64,000 nucleotides of DNA from positions 62,001 to 126,000 of the forward strand of contig NW_020846723.1 of NCBI RefSeq assembly GCF_003704095.1. Reading direction: 5' to 3'. Shown here one piece after another: positions 49,516-62,800 of the stretch (position 1 is its first letter; every line of letters starts with the position of its first letter). Made by a program: the position numbers and the translations under genes. The notes beneath the pieces are model-generated. The model was not told the origin of the DNA. It was given only the letters and a program-made list of their open reading frames with translations, and searched no databases. The DNA comes from Pocillopora damicornis (lineage: Eukaryota).

Positions 49516-52027
49516 CCCAACGGGTGTGGCTAAATCCAAGCTTCTTTTGAATTAGATCGGGGAGAATATGAAATAAAGGTGCACAAAAAAATGTATAATG
49601 AAATTCAGACAATTGTATAAATATTAATTTAAGAGTGAGTATGTTGTGCAGCATGTTAAGTCTTTTAGCTTCTTTTTGCTGCATGTTAGGTCTTTGGCTG
49701 GAGAGAGAACTTTGATCTGCGATCTAATTTTAAGAGTCATTTGTAAGATCGGCTCCTTTACCCAAATGGAAGGCGTAGTAAGAAAGCGAAATTCTCTAAA
49801 CTAATGCGGCACTTGGAGAAAAAAAATGAACATGATGGAAGAAAAACTCAGGTTGAGGAAACAATTTAACGATCACGCGATTCAGAGACAAAAAAGCCTT
49901 ATACTGACATAGTTTTGCTCGGAAAAATCAAAACATTTGGTTTTGCGTTTGTTAAACCGACTCAATTCAACCTGAGTTTTTGGTTTTATAAAAAAAATTT
50001 GCTTCTTGGTCAAAACTAGCAATCTTCCTTGAACATCAATTGGACTCTATAGCCACAAATTTTGTCCATCAATGCTGTTTTTCGGTCACTGAAATTTATC
50101 TGTGAGGTGCAAGCTGTCAAATACTTTCTAAAGTTCATTTAGGTGATTTTTGTGACCTGTAAATCTACTTTTGCATTTTTTAGATACAGCAGGTTGTGGC
50201 ACATAACGTTAAAACAACACCCGCGAAAATAATTACCCCCAAATAAACGCCCCACAGATACACCTGTAAAATAATTAAAACAAATTTGAAAACGTAGGTA
50301 AGACTTTCCATTCAATATATTTCTTACCTCGGTAAATACTTGGTCAAGTGAGTAAAATTACTGTGTCAGTTCCCTGCAAAAACCACCAGCGATAACAACG
50401 ATCTGAATGTTTAGTCTGGAATGAATAAATCGATAAATATAGCCGATAGTATTTTGTGAGGGTAACTAAAGTTCCTTTAACATCAAATGACAACATTTCA
50501 GCTCTTAGCACCTTCTGGTGGCCTGCTTGTTCGAATAATAAACAAAACCTGCCATCTTTACCTGTCATCGCTAATTGCCTCCGCAGGTCACATGATCGTA
50601 GATACGTTCTCAAAGGCTTTCCAGACTTTTTGGTATAATTGAAAACAAAGTTGGCACGTGTTAACATGCCTTTTTCCAGATACTTTTATGGATAAAATTC
50701 AGTGGTGAACAGATCAAACTTGTCTTCATGCCTTCCTGTTAAATTTTCAGGTGCATGTTTCTGTTTTAAAATGACATTTTGTCGATTTTTCTGTCGACCC
50801 TTAGGGCCATATTGAGGTAGACAAGAAAAGGGTTCAGTCGCGCTTTCGGGCTCGGACCCCTGTGAGTAATGCATTCTGGGATAATGTTATCTTAACATTG
50901 TTCCACTGCCAGCCAATCAGATATTCGTATCTATGGTCAGCAAAAGTGTTATCACTTTGAAGTATAAGGCTCGCCAGCAAGCAAGTCGATGTTTACAACC
51001 CTTGACGCATCAGAATAAACCGATTTTAATTCTTTAATTTAGAACTGAAATTGGAGTTCTTCTTGAAATTTTCTTTTTGCCTCAGATTCGAAATTAGCAT
51101 AAAAATTTATCAGAAGGGTAGAAGCTACCGAGATGAGCGAGATACTCGAATTACTTCCAAAAAGCTGGTAAAGCCGGAAACTTAGATAGAAAAGATATTG
51201 AGAAAGTCTACGTGACCCTTTTTGGTATAATTGAAAACAAGCACTTGCACAAAACTTGGAAATTGCCTGGTATGAGGCTTAAATAGTTCCATTCATAACA
51301 CGTACGAACGAAGTTCTCATGTGGCCTTTGGCATGACATAAAGGTAAACTACATGATAAGACTCCTCGGAGTTTTTCAGCCACAGGCGGTCTTGTAAAGT
51401 TTCTGTAGTTTGTGAATTTGCTTGGCAACCTATTTTACAAATGTAGTAAGCAGAGGTTATCCAATTTTACAAGTCGCCAGGTGATTGGTTGACCACTTGA
51501 ACACGGCCACGCATAGCTCACAACTAATTTCCAACTAATACCTCGATTCAGAGATCAGTTTCCCTACCTTTTCGCACTAATAAAATGGTGGATTCAAAAC
51601 ATGACGATCCGAACATTATACTGTCCATATGCCAATAATAATGGCCACACATCATGTGTAGTTAGGTTCAGAGAGATTATTTTTTAAATAATGACCAGAA
51701 TTGTTGGTGATGAACTTTATAAAAAAGTTTGTGTTTAGCTGAATGCGGATTTTTAATGAGAAAGAAAGCAATACAGTAACTCGTTTCTATCTTGGCAGTT
51801 TAGAGGTTCGTCTTGTCAACCACGTTTCCCCTAATAAAAAGATTTCTCTCTATAGTATCGTGTTGATGCAATATTTCTCAGTTGTTACAAACTGTAAGGA
51901 CCAATCGAACTTTGCTTGTTAGGATATTAACTTCAATCGATGAGACTCAGCTAATATCAAACTCTACTCGAAAACTCGTGTTACGAATAATCGAACTCGT
52001 GGTACGCATGGGAGTGAGGCGGTTTCA

Positions 52028-55000
52028 ATGTCACGTTTCTTCTTTGCTATTTTGACAGCAGTCATGTTTCATTTTGTACAGGTTACAGGTACCAGTACAG
52101 TTTAATTACACCAATGGATGGGAAATTGAACACAGATGTTTTCATAATTATCTGGAATTGATTTAATTTATCTACATTCTGCAATTTAAGCTTATTCGTT
52201 TTAATTTTAAGCCACCAGGAATCATTTTTCCCAGACAGATATTTAGTGGAAATAACAAGAGTAGCAAATGGACAAGAAGAATGGCTAAAATTCCGTCTCA
52301 TGCCTTGGCTACCACCCAATTCCAAGGTAACATGATAAATAATCAATTGATTACAAGAAATGTTATTTACAAATAGCAGGTAGCGTTTTGCGAAGAACTG
52401 TAGAAAGGGTATGCTATCTGCGCAAGGTAAGGAAACTGGTCAGTAACACCTTCGCAAGAAATCGGACTTTTTGAACAGAAAAGGTAACAGAAAAATTGTT
52501 TCAAAAGTTTAGAGCTGCGGCTTTTGCAGACCCCAGAGGCCGCTTTTTGTCGTTTTATTCCACAAAAAAACAACAACAACTTTGACTTTCCTCTGTGAAA
52601 CGTAGTTTGCTTTTTACAAATAAGAAAATTTGTTTTTTCAAATTAAATCCTGTCAAGTCAGTTATACAGTTTTGTCCCTACTGAAGAGTTGTTGGCAAAA
52701 ACTGCTCAAACAGTTGTCTCTCATATTATATAATCAGTTCGACTCGATCCAGTTAAAAGGTGCTTTGAAATGTGCTTTTTACAGCAACTGGCAAGATATC
52801 TGAAGAAAGTCATGGGGAACCTTTTTTCTGCAAGAAAAATGGAATGTCAACTGGTTCCAAAAAACAACAGACCAATTATAGGTAAAGTAAAACCGGTAAT
52901 TTTTATCGAAAAACAGTGTACTTGACATACATCTGAACTAGTAACCTAAATTAGAAATGGCCGCACGTCTTCCTTATGGATGTTTATGAGGGAAAGACAT
53001 GGCGTCGTAATTCTTAAGACAAATTACACGGGACGTGGTCATGTTGACGCTCCACGAAGTTTCAATTTTTGTTCGATGTGATGCTCTTCATGAAGTGGTG
53101 TAATTTGGAAATTTATTGTGATGAAAAAAGGACTATCGAGGGTGTGTTTCTCTACAAAACAGCAACCTTCAAAAGACAGTTGTGAGCTTATTTTCCCCTG
53201 CAGCCAAATTGATTTTTATTTCTCAAGTAAAAAAAAACCTTTTCAGTCTATAATATGCGTCCTACTCTTCCATAAAATTATACTGAATCGACAAACTGTT
53301 TTTCAAATTATCAATTATGCTAAAATATCTCCTAATTAGGGTCCATTTGGCAATTGTTCTTGTCCGTTTGCTTCTTTCATCTTACGGGCTTAGCATGCAA
53401 ATCATTGAATATTTTAGGTATGTGAAACTTAAATTGATGAAGCTGAAAGACGACGTTTTTCAGTTAATGACACCGACATGTTGTTCAAATGCTCTACTAA
53501 CGAGCTCATTCTTGCTGGGTCACATGACTTTTTGCTCCCCTAGGGATTCTGTCAGTGGATTGTGACGGTCACTTTGCCGAATATGGTAAGTCATACATAG
53601 CTGCGTCATACGTCAAGAATATCGAGAGCGCTGGTGCCCGCGTCGTTCCAATACGGTATCCTTTTTAGAAACTAACACTATGAAGGCGTACACTATGAAG
53701 TAAATTCCTCTCTTTGGGACCAGGCAAACTGGTTAGCTTCCAAGAAGAAAACTCTACTCGCTGGCTAGTTATTCCTTCAAGCTTGACAGGAGTATGTAGA
53801 AAAGCCTGTGAGATCCGACTGATTCTATGAGCTTGAGAGCTATAATATTCTAGCTTTGCATAACTTTCAATAAAGGGTTTATTTTTCAGGAAAGACGGTT
53901 TACGAAAAGCTTAGCTGCGAGAATACCAACGAAAGAGCAAAATTTCTCTGAGGAATGTTAAGCAATTATTGATAAACTCACGAAAGTAATTAGGGTGTGT
54001 TTTCCTTCATAACTACCATTCATGATTGGTGTAAAACTCTCACCACCATCAGGTGGAAGAATAAAACCGATCGCAACTTGGTACTTGCGTTTTCCCGCAA
54101 TTCGGGCTGGAAACGCTTACTTATTTCGAAATCTGACTGGTTCCCTGTCATGGTCTTAAATGGTTTTACGACACTCAACTAGTTAATGCTACCTTCTTTC
54201 ACCGTTACATTCAAAGTTCACATCCTTAACAATTCAAAAGTAACGATTTACCAGCGGAAGAATTGGAATCTCTCATTAATAGCATCAATGGGTAGGTTGC
54301 AGCACGAAAGACATTAGTTATTACCATTGCACAGAATAAGATTTCTTATAAGTGTCTTGCTCATCTTCTTTCCAACAGGGTGATATTTCCAGGCGGGGGA
54401 GCTAGTCTAGCAGACTCCGCTTACTTCAGCGCTGGCAAGATGATTTATGATTTGGCGATAAAGGTGAGTGGGCTTTGTGCTGACCGAGTTAATGATTATA
54501 ATTTGGTTATAATCTCTTGTCGTGATTTCATGATTTGTCCGGGGGTGGGAGAGGATCGGAGGATTTCGGTTATGTCCCAATAAAATTTACCCAATCCCCC
54601 TAACACTTTTTTTACTATAATGATGCTTCCTCTTTAGCAGTCACTTTTCTATAAGGTCCCCTCCTCGACCTCTGTTAGCATTGATCCCTCCGTAGCCCCT
54701 GATAACCATGTGATCTCGACCAAAAATTATCCGATCCCCCTCTAAGATCTGATGTTCGACTCATTGCGGGGACTTTTCTTCCATTTCTTACTATTATTTT
54801 ACCATGCATGTTACCCTTAAAAGTGTTAAATTACTTTAAGTTGGAAAAGGCGTCGCTTGATAGACATTTACGATAGACTTACTTGCGTAAATATCAGTTA
54901 TTTGGACTGGATACTCTTATTCCTTATATATTTGGAAAGTAATTTTTTTTTAATGTCTGTAACAGGAAAATGACAATGCGAAGGAGCCGTTTCCCTTGTG

Positions 55001-57620
55001 GGGAGCCTGCCTTGGTTTTGAGATGCTGCATATCATCATATCAGGGTTAAAAAAGGAGGATATGTTGGTGTCATGTGACGCAGAGAATTATTCTATACCT
55101 CTGGAATTCACTGCAGGTAAGAAAAGGCGATTGTGTGATCAGCCAATTGTTACCAAAATCTAGCACTGGAAGTCAAACTGATTGTTAACTACAAAACTTG
55201 GTGAGATTTAAGCCGCTCAAGAGGGAGTTAGAGTTATGACAAATTATTATCAAAATCATTAAGATTGAAGGGAACCTCAGGTTGAAAAATACGAGAATAT
55301 TAGAAATATTCTCATAAAAAGCTCAATTCATCTACATGTAGAATATATATATATATATCTTTTTTACCTTAATTCTCTCGCAGTCAAAAACTCACATTTT
55401 TTCGAGCTTGTTTTTCCATTATGTTTACGGCTTAAAACAACTAAATGAATGTATTTTGTGCTTTGAATGTATTTTGTGCTTTACAAATCTGTACATATCT
55501 TACATGTAAATTATTCGAATATCAATATTTTAGCTATTTACTATTTTATTTAAACTATTTTGTTGTGTCCTTACTAAGTGGTTTCATTACTGCTATTTTT
55601 TATAATTGACACATGAATAAAGTTATTATTATTATTATTATTATTATTTGAGTCTGAGGAGGCACAAGATAGCTTGAAAATGATTGGTTGTTTCTAATGG
55701 TCAATTATTAAGTTAAAATAAAGACTTGTTCACTTTAAAAAATTAATACTTATATAACGCAGTATACCGTGATATGGTTATGATCCAATGCTTCACTCAT
55801 TGACTGATACATTGAGTCGTCAGTCATGCTTGCTTCGTTTCTTGCTTCCCTTAAATATCTCTGCAGTTCACTTCGAGGGGTTTCTGTGAGATGACAATTT
55901 TAGCAATTACCAATTCATTTGATGGATGTCAATCAGAGGCCCCCCATAATACCATAAAGACTTCGTTTCCTCTTCCTTTTAAATACAGATGCGTATACAA
56001 GTCGCATGTTTAGTTCTGCTCAAGATGGAGACAGAGTAATGAATATTCTCAAAGAACAGGCTGTAACAATTAACATGCATCAGAAATGCGTGCCACCTGA
56101 GGTAGGCCGTTCTAAGTCAAATTATTGATAACCAAACGACTTTTCATCGATTCTTGTTCGGTATTATTCGTTTGCTATTTGGTTTAATTTTTTTGCATAT
56201 TTAACCACTGTCCCACTCAGGAGTTGCCAGCTTCATGCTGTTAATTGGGAGAAACCGAACACCCTTTTTATGATCACAATCAAGACAGCCTCTAATTTCT
56301 CCTTCTCATTAACTTCCTTTATTTGTTAACACTTGTTTCTGATTCGTAGAAATTCTATTCAAACAATAACACTGTTGGATTCTTCAAAATTCTTTCAACC
56401 AACAAGGACCGGAATGGAGTGGAATTTATCTCCACCGTTGAAGGTACCGAATTTTCATTTCAAAATCTTTTGTAAATCTTTTATTTCCAAATGCTATAGA
56501 TAGTATTCTTTGTTACATAGTGGTTGTACGCTGACACAAACAGAAGGAGAAACAAGGATGGGGCATACTCGTGATATACATGATGTATTTTCACACGCTC
56601 GTGCCTACGCTTGAAATCTGATTCATAGGTCTCATAGAGCTGGAGAACTGCCGCCTTCCAAAGTAGGAATTCATTATGGATAAATTTTACAGGCGAAGAA
56701 AATTGGAAAATAAAAAATAGGGCAGGATTCAGGGTCATATCTTACCAGAGAGGTAACAGATATTATAATCATGGTAGATTTTAAATGTCATGGACAACTG
56801 ATATTTTTATAACCACAGGCAAGAAGTATCCCATATTCGGAACACAGTGGCATCCGGAAAAATGTCAGTTTGAGTGGACACCAAAAGAAGTGATTGACCA
56901 TTCAGCAGACGCTGTCTTTGTTGGACAGTACATGGCAAATTTTTTCGTTAATCAAGGTACGACGATACTTGGTAAATTTTTATGCTGTTTGTCAAATACA
57001 GTTTAGATTGCCAAAACGCAAAGTTAAGTAACGTATGTTTAAAAAGTGCGTCCAAAGATATAAGAAGGAAAAAGGAACCTCATTCGAAATTCCTTGCTCC
57101 TCGAAAAAGCGTTCCCTTTCAATAACACTTTTATTTCTGAGAAAACAATTTTCTCCTACATTGGGTTTTGAGGTTTCTTGAAAATTAGGATTTTAGATTT
57201 TTTCAGCCCAGCACATCACTGCATCAGGATTGCACTGCCTGTATCCATTCAGTTCTAGAGGTGAACAAAGGAATTTGTTTGAATGTATTGACCTCTAGTA
57301 ACAGCTATCTTTTTAACGGTGATTCAATAGTGTGAAATACTAGATAGGAAATTCTGTGCTCAAGCAAACAGGAGTTGTTGGGGAGGAGAGGGTATCAACT
57401 TCTGCCCCAAACGACTCAAGGTTAGGCTAAATTAGACCACCCCCAATCTCTGCGCGTAATTTCCGTCTGTTGAAATGTTCCCTATTTTATTATATTTACA
57501 GCTCGACAGAACACCCATCACTTTGTAAGCGAGGAGGCAGAAGAAAAGGCCTTGATTTACAATTATAATCCAATTGATACTTCAAAGATATCTTCTTTTG
57601 AACAGTGTTATTTCTTTTAA
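52028..57620 (+). CDS. GGH: Gamma-glutamyl hydrolase (folylpolyglutamate conjugase, peptidase C26). Exons: 52028-52081 (donor uncertain), 52785-52881, 53544-53655, 54241-54291, 54379-54463, 54966-55116, 55989-56101, 56350-56443, 56819-56956, 57502-57620
   Basis: Signal peptide, [37 protein letters not shown], catalytic [14 protein letters not shown], and C-terminal LIYNY...FEQCYFF*. Confidence 0.93.
53656..54240 (+). other. U12-type (minor spliceosome) GT-AG intron in GGH
   Basis: 5' site GTATCCTTTT, branch TCCTTAAC at 54223-54230, AG about 10 nt later with no pyrimidine tract; frame preserved (VVPIR|NDL). Confidence 0.9.
55623..55647. repeat. (TTA)n microsatellite; (TA)n at about 55343-55357
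   Basis: Direct tandem runs. Confidence 0.9.
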
Positions 57621-57797
57621 GTAGCTTCATTTTACACTGGCTGCGATTTCCTTTGCTCAATTTAGCACGAAAGATACAGGTCTAGGTCTTTTCCGAGAAA
57701 GTTTTTCAGAAACTGTAATTAGTAACACAAGTAAGCGCAGTCGATGACTACAACTGTAAGGTTTTTGGTGATTTGAATCACACGCAAAGTAATGGTG

Positions 57798-57990
57798 TTT
57801 ACCCGTTAACCCCTAACAGCGACTAGTATCTAATATCTCCTTACAATATCACCCCTAAATCGCACAATTGTCACGAGAATAAAGGAAATGATCACAAACT
57901 TGGGAGGCTCTTGATTGTCGAACAAATTTTCCTTAAAAAGGTATAGAGCCTATCATGGAGAATATGTATACTAGTGTTGTGATGTAAGTT
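57798..57990 (+). mobile_element. MITE family A copy 5, downstream of GGH
   Basis: Shares atctaat.tctccttacaatatcacc and gagaataaaggaaatga with copy 3. Confidence 0.7.
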
Positions 57991-59800
57991 CATTCATTAG
58001 TTGAAAATATTTGTATTGTATAATGATGTACATGTAGGAAGAATTAAAGTGAAACAGTCATCAGAATGGGATAACATTATAACCTCTCCCATCAGGCGCG
58101 CATTATAGCTTGTTATAGGAGTTTCTCAGATCATTTTACTGAGTTGCCAGTGCTCATTAATTTTTATTCGCTGATGGAACAAGAACTAAGCAAAATAAAG
58201 CAAAGTTCTTCTTTCCGTCTCTCTGCTGTTATTGTAACCACGGCAAAAAAATCAAATATTCTCTTTGGCAACAAGAAGTTGGTTCCTTGTTTAGTGATGC
58301 CTAATAATAACAATAGCTCAGTAAAGGCCATACCTGCTTGGAAAATGTTTTAATGGTAAATTTAGCCATATATCGTAACTATGCTTGAATATATCATGGA
58401 ATGTGCAAATAATCGACATAGAGAGATTGAAAACACTCTACGTTCTGCTACTTGGGATATTTTCAAAACATCAAGCAAGGCTCAAGGAAGCAACTCAATG
58501 TCTATTTAACCGCTTTTTCTTGGTGGTTGTTGCAGCGCTGAGCTGATCAGCAGACAATTCAGGAACTTGCAAGAAAAACAAACAAAGCTCTTGCGTTTAT
58601 AATCACAGGATTCTCGAGATGAGCTTAACTGGCCCAACTTAACGATTCCTTCCGATACCCATTTAAAGAGTTGTCCCCCACAATCGATACGTTCTCCAAA
58701 GACAAATTCAGACGTTACGGTAACTGTAAAGAAGGAAAAGTCATTAACCATCTCATTCCCAAAAGGAGAAATTTTGTCTTGGTCTCTCTTGAGACTTAAA
58801 GAGTTCAATAACAACGTTACTAATTCAGAACATACGTTCATATTAAAGACATACGAGATACTTTTAACTTTAATTCAAAGTCAGGAATTTCCATACCAAT
58901 TCCCTTTATTTACAATGCGGTTATTTATGTAAGCCGAATGCTTCCGATGAAAGGGAAGACCGTTCATGATTAAATTACTTCTTTATAAGAAAAAACCGAA
59001 TGTGTAAACTTCCTCAAAGGATGTTTTTTTTAAAATATCTACAAAAGGGATTATTCGAATACAAACCCGAGGATAACTCGTTCTGGTATTTGATTAAAAA
59101 AAGTTACATCTTGTGAGTACAAACAGTGAACAATGTTATCCTAAGCTTAGTTTTCACTAACGACAAACGCAAGAATAACACGTATTATTTCACCGTGAAA
59201 ACGGCCTCGACGCAACCATGAGCGCGAGACAAAAAAAAATTGTGATCCTTGTGCTTGCGTCACGGCTGTTTTCACGTTGAAAGAAGAGCTGACATCGTTA
59301 CGTTTGTGGTTACGTTCGTGTTTCCGTTGCTAGTGAAAACCAAGTTTAACAGGCGAGTCCTACACACGAACTATAACAAAATGGTCAAAATAGCCCTTAG
59401 AAAAAGCGACCGTTTTATCAAAGACTGTCTGTGAGTTAATTCTAAAGAAGGCAGGATTACGTAACAGCAACATCCACCGAAGTAATACGCTAGGGCATTT
59501 GTTTGACGACAATAGAAATTATAAATACTGTAACTTCTTGCATTTAAAAATATCAAATTATAAAAGTTGAAAGAAAAAATGTTTAAACAGCATTAAAAAT
59601 AACGCTTATAGCTTTACCAAAATATTTTCTCCCGATAGATTATTTTTTATGTATAAATTATTCAAAAGATATAAATTATCATAACAATTTTAATCGCAGT
59701 CATAGTTTTCTTCAACGACGAAAATGACTGTACAAAATCACATCAAGCGTCTCTGTCTTGATAATCTCCTTTCCGTTGCTTTCTCCTGCTTTAGCTTGTC

Positions 59801-62800
59801 TCACGTCAACAAAAACCGGTTGTTTTGGTTGTAAAAAGATCTCCGCTGACCTTCACTAGCAGCTGCATTCGCAACTCTGAGACGCGCCTTAGCTGAGTCC
59901 TCTTCACTGAGCATGCGCCTCAACTTGACCTCTGCATCCTCTTGTCGCTTTAGTTCTTCCAAGTCCCTCACAGCTTTCTACGAGAAGGAGAAATCAAAGC
60001 ATACAAAGTATTAAAAGGGAAGCAAGAGTAAGAGAAAGTATTTCCATACCCATGTGTTTTTTTTTTCAACATCAGCTGAGCATTTGGACGCAGCTATCAA
60101 GTTCGTAGAGGACTCACTAACAACTTCGGAGAGGTGTTATGAAAAAATTGATAGGACGAAAGGACATGCGTGCCATATCTTGCCTCTTCCTAGAAAGAAA
60201 ACTGATGTCATAGCATAGGGCTGCAAGGCTCCTGATAAACCTACGCGCTTAAAGTCGTCCTAACTCAACCAATTTCAGACAAATTAACAAAGGAGTTAAG
60301 TTTCTAAAGAAACTGTGGTGCTGCGTCAGTGAGGGGTATAACAAGATAAGTTGGTTTTACTAACTGAGTTGATAATGTAAATTAGCCACAAGTGTATACA
60401 GCTGACGCTTTCAGGTGCGTCATTCTTAGTACTGTGTGTGTCGTGATCTCGAATTTTGGTAGTGTTTTACCCCTTTGGAGTTCTCATCTACCATCGAAAT
60501 CTTAAATTTTCAGGTTTTCAAATATGTTAAAGAAAGTTTATAAGAGGTAATACAACATGAGTAATCACAACGTCAAACAACCTCAGATACTCAAAAGGTA
60601 GCAACAAAGCGTTGGTGGACGGTACATGGTCCCAGTTAAATTTGTGCCGATAAAAGTGCTGTATGAAGGATTCTTCATCCGTTGAATCTTTACAATAATT
60701 ATGTACGACTTGATTCATGTTGGGCTGTGATGACAGACTCACAAATGCCTTTAAGCCATTTAAACTTGTCACAAACGTCTGTTGCGTAATTACAATATAC
60801 CTCTCTATTTTCTACTGCCTAGCTCCTTACTCGAAAAATTGTTTCTTCTGATAAAGTTAAGATTCTTTCTCCATTACAACCCATAACTGAACATAAAAGT
60901 CATTCTTTGATATTCCAATACCTTGAAGTTCGCAATGAAATCAATGAAGGTCTTGAAGAAGTCCGAAGGTTCTACCACTCGAGGATTTTCTCCAAATAGC
61001 GTGCATACCTGCGCATAAACCTCTTCCACCTTACGATAGCGTTCAGTAACGCGCTGGACTTTCTTGAAAGCCGCATTGTAGAATGTCTGAATAATCAAGC
61101 ATGTTAAGAAATGCGTACAAGTACACGGATAAGCAATCAAATGTAATTTTTTCAGCATCATCATCGACATTAGTCACTGAAATCAATCATTAAAATTGGT
61201 CACGGTACTAAAGGTAGGCCATGGAGAGAGCTTTAGTCTCTAGAGTGATCTGCTAGGGCGAGAAAAACTATCATTTGTCGTTTTAGGGCCACGTGAGAGC
61301 AAGCTCCTTCCTATCGTACTGAATCACACACTCCGGTCAGGTCAATCCTTTCACCCCTAAGAGTGACTGGCATTTAATTTCTCCTTAAAATATTATCCAT
61401 GGATCACATATTACGGTCACGAGAATAAAGGAAATGATCACCAAAGAAGCTCTTGATGGTTGAAAAAATTCTCCTTAATAGCATAAAATGTACAGGGAAC
61501 AGTAGGGAGAATACGCGTTAAGGCGTAAAGGGTTAAGTATTTCTATAAAACGCCAAAGCAAATTAAATCACGAGCAATGATGGAAACAAAGGATACGAAT
61601 ATAATGAAATTATCTGGTTGTTTGTCTCTCTCTGACTTTGTCAGATCCAGGCCTTTTCGCAATCCCTGCACGTCTGCAGCGAGGGTCTGCATGGAGACTG
61701 AAGAGAAAAATAAACAGTCTTTGAAATAATCGACAATTCGAATGTGGTGTTATTCCACTCTTTCTAAGGCCGGAAAAAAGAGCTCTTGATTGACTTGAAA
61801 CATAAAGTGTGGCTTCACAGCTAAGTTGTTGGAAGAGGAATTTCGAATTCTAAGGGAAGGCGGGATGTGATATGATTTAATTGGGCTGGAAAGGCTTCGT
61901 AGCTTGGTGACTGAATGTAATGTTTACCTGTGGTTGCTCCGTCCAGAAACAATTCTTCGGCGAAATCTTTTATTTCCGGAAACTTCTTGTGCACTACATC
62001 CACTATGTAAGCGAGGAATGTCTGCCTTCTGTCTGTAGTACGAGTGTCTTCCAGCTGAAATTAACAAATAAGGTACCTCTGAAACAATACGGGAGGACTT
62101 TCGATTCTCAAATCAAATGCTCTCTATTTTTTCCCTCATTTCCTACATCGACAAGTGCACTTACATTTGCACTATTGCAATTCACACCAATATTTCCTTG
62201 CGTTTTAATTTGCGTCGTGCGTTTGAGCCAGTCTTAATAGCACTTAAAAAAGAGGAAACTTTGAAAGAAATTGTCGATTTGATTTCGAAAATTCCCGTAT
62301 CTTACCTTGCTCAAAGATTCCAGTTTAAAGCCATAAGCCAGTCCTCTTCGGCTACTGTTCATGTAGTTGCCGTATATAAGTATAATCTGAAACGGAAGTA
62401 AATAAAGATGTTATAATACTAGTTCTCCATTATTTAACAGCAGGAAAATCTGTAGAAGGAAGTATGTAACTATAACTAAAGCCTCACCTTAAATAACTTT
62501 TTGAGTTTCGCACTATTGACTATAGACGTCGCCGCTCTCAAAACTGCGTCCACTTGCTGAAAAGAAATCATGAAAATGAACAGAAAGATTAGGCATGATC
62601 CACTGATAAACAGACTATAATATCTAGAAAGGAATTGCTATGTACTCTCATGTACCATATGTTTTAATTTAACGCCATGTGCATGATGCATATTGTATAT
62701 CTATCAGTTTTTGGTGAGCCCACCTGAGGAGAGGACAAACCCACATTCGCCCGGTGTTGAAAACCTGACATGACTTGTCAAGTACAGAATATCACGAGTT

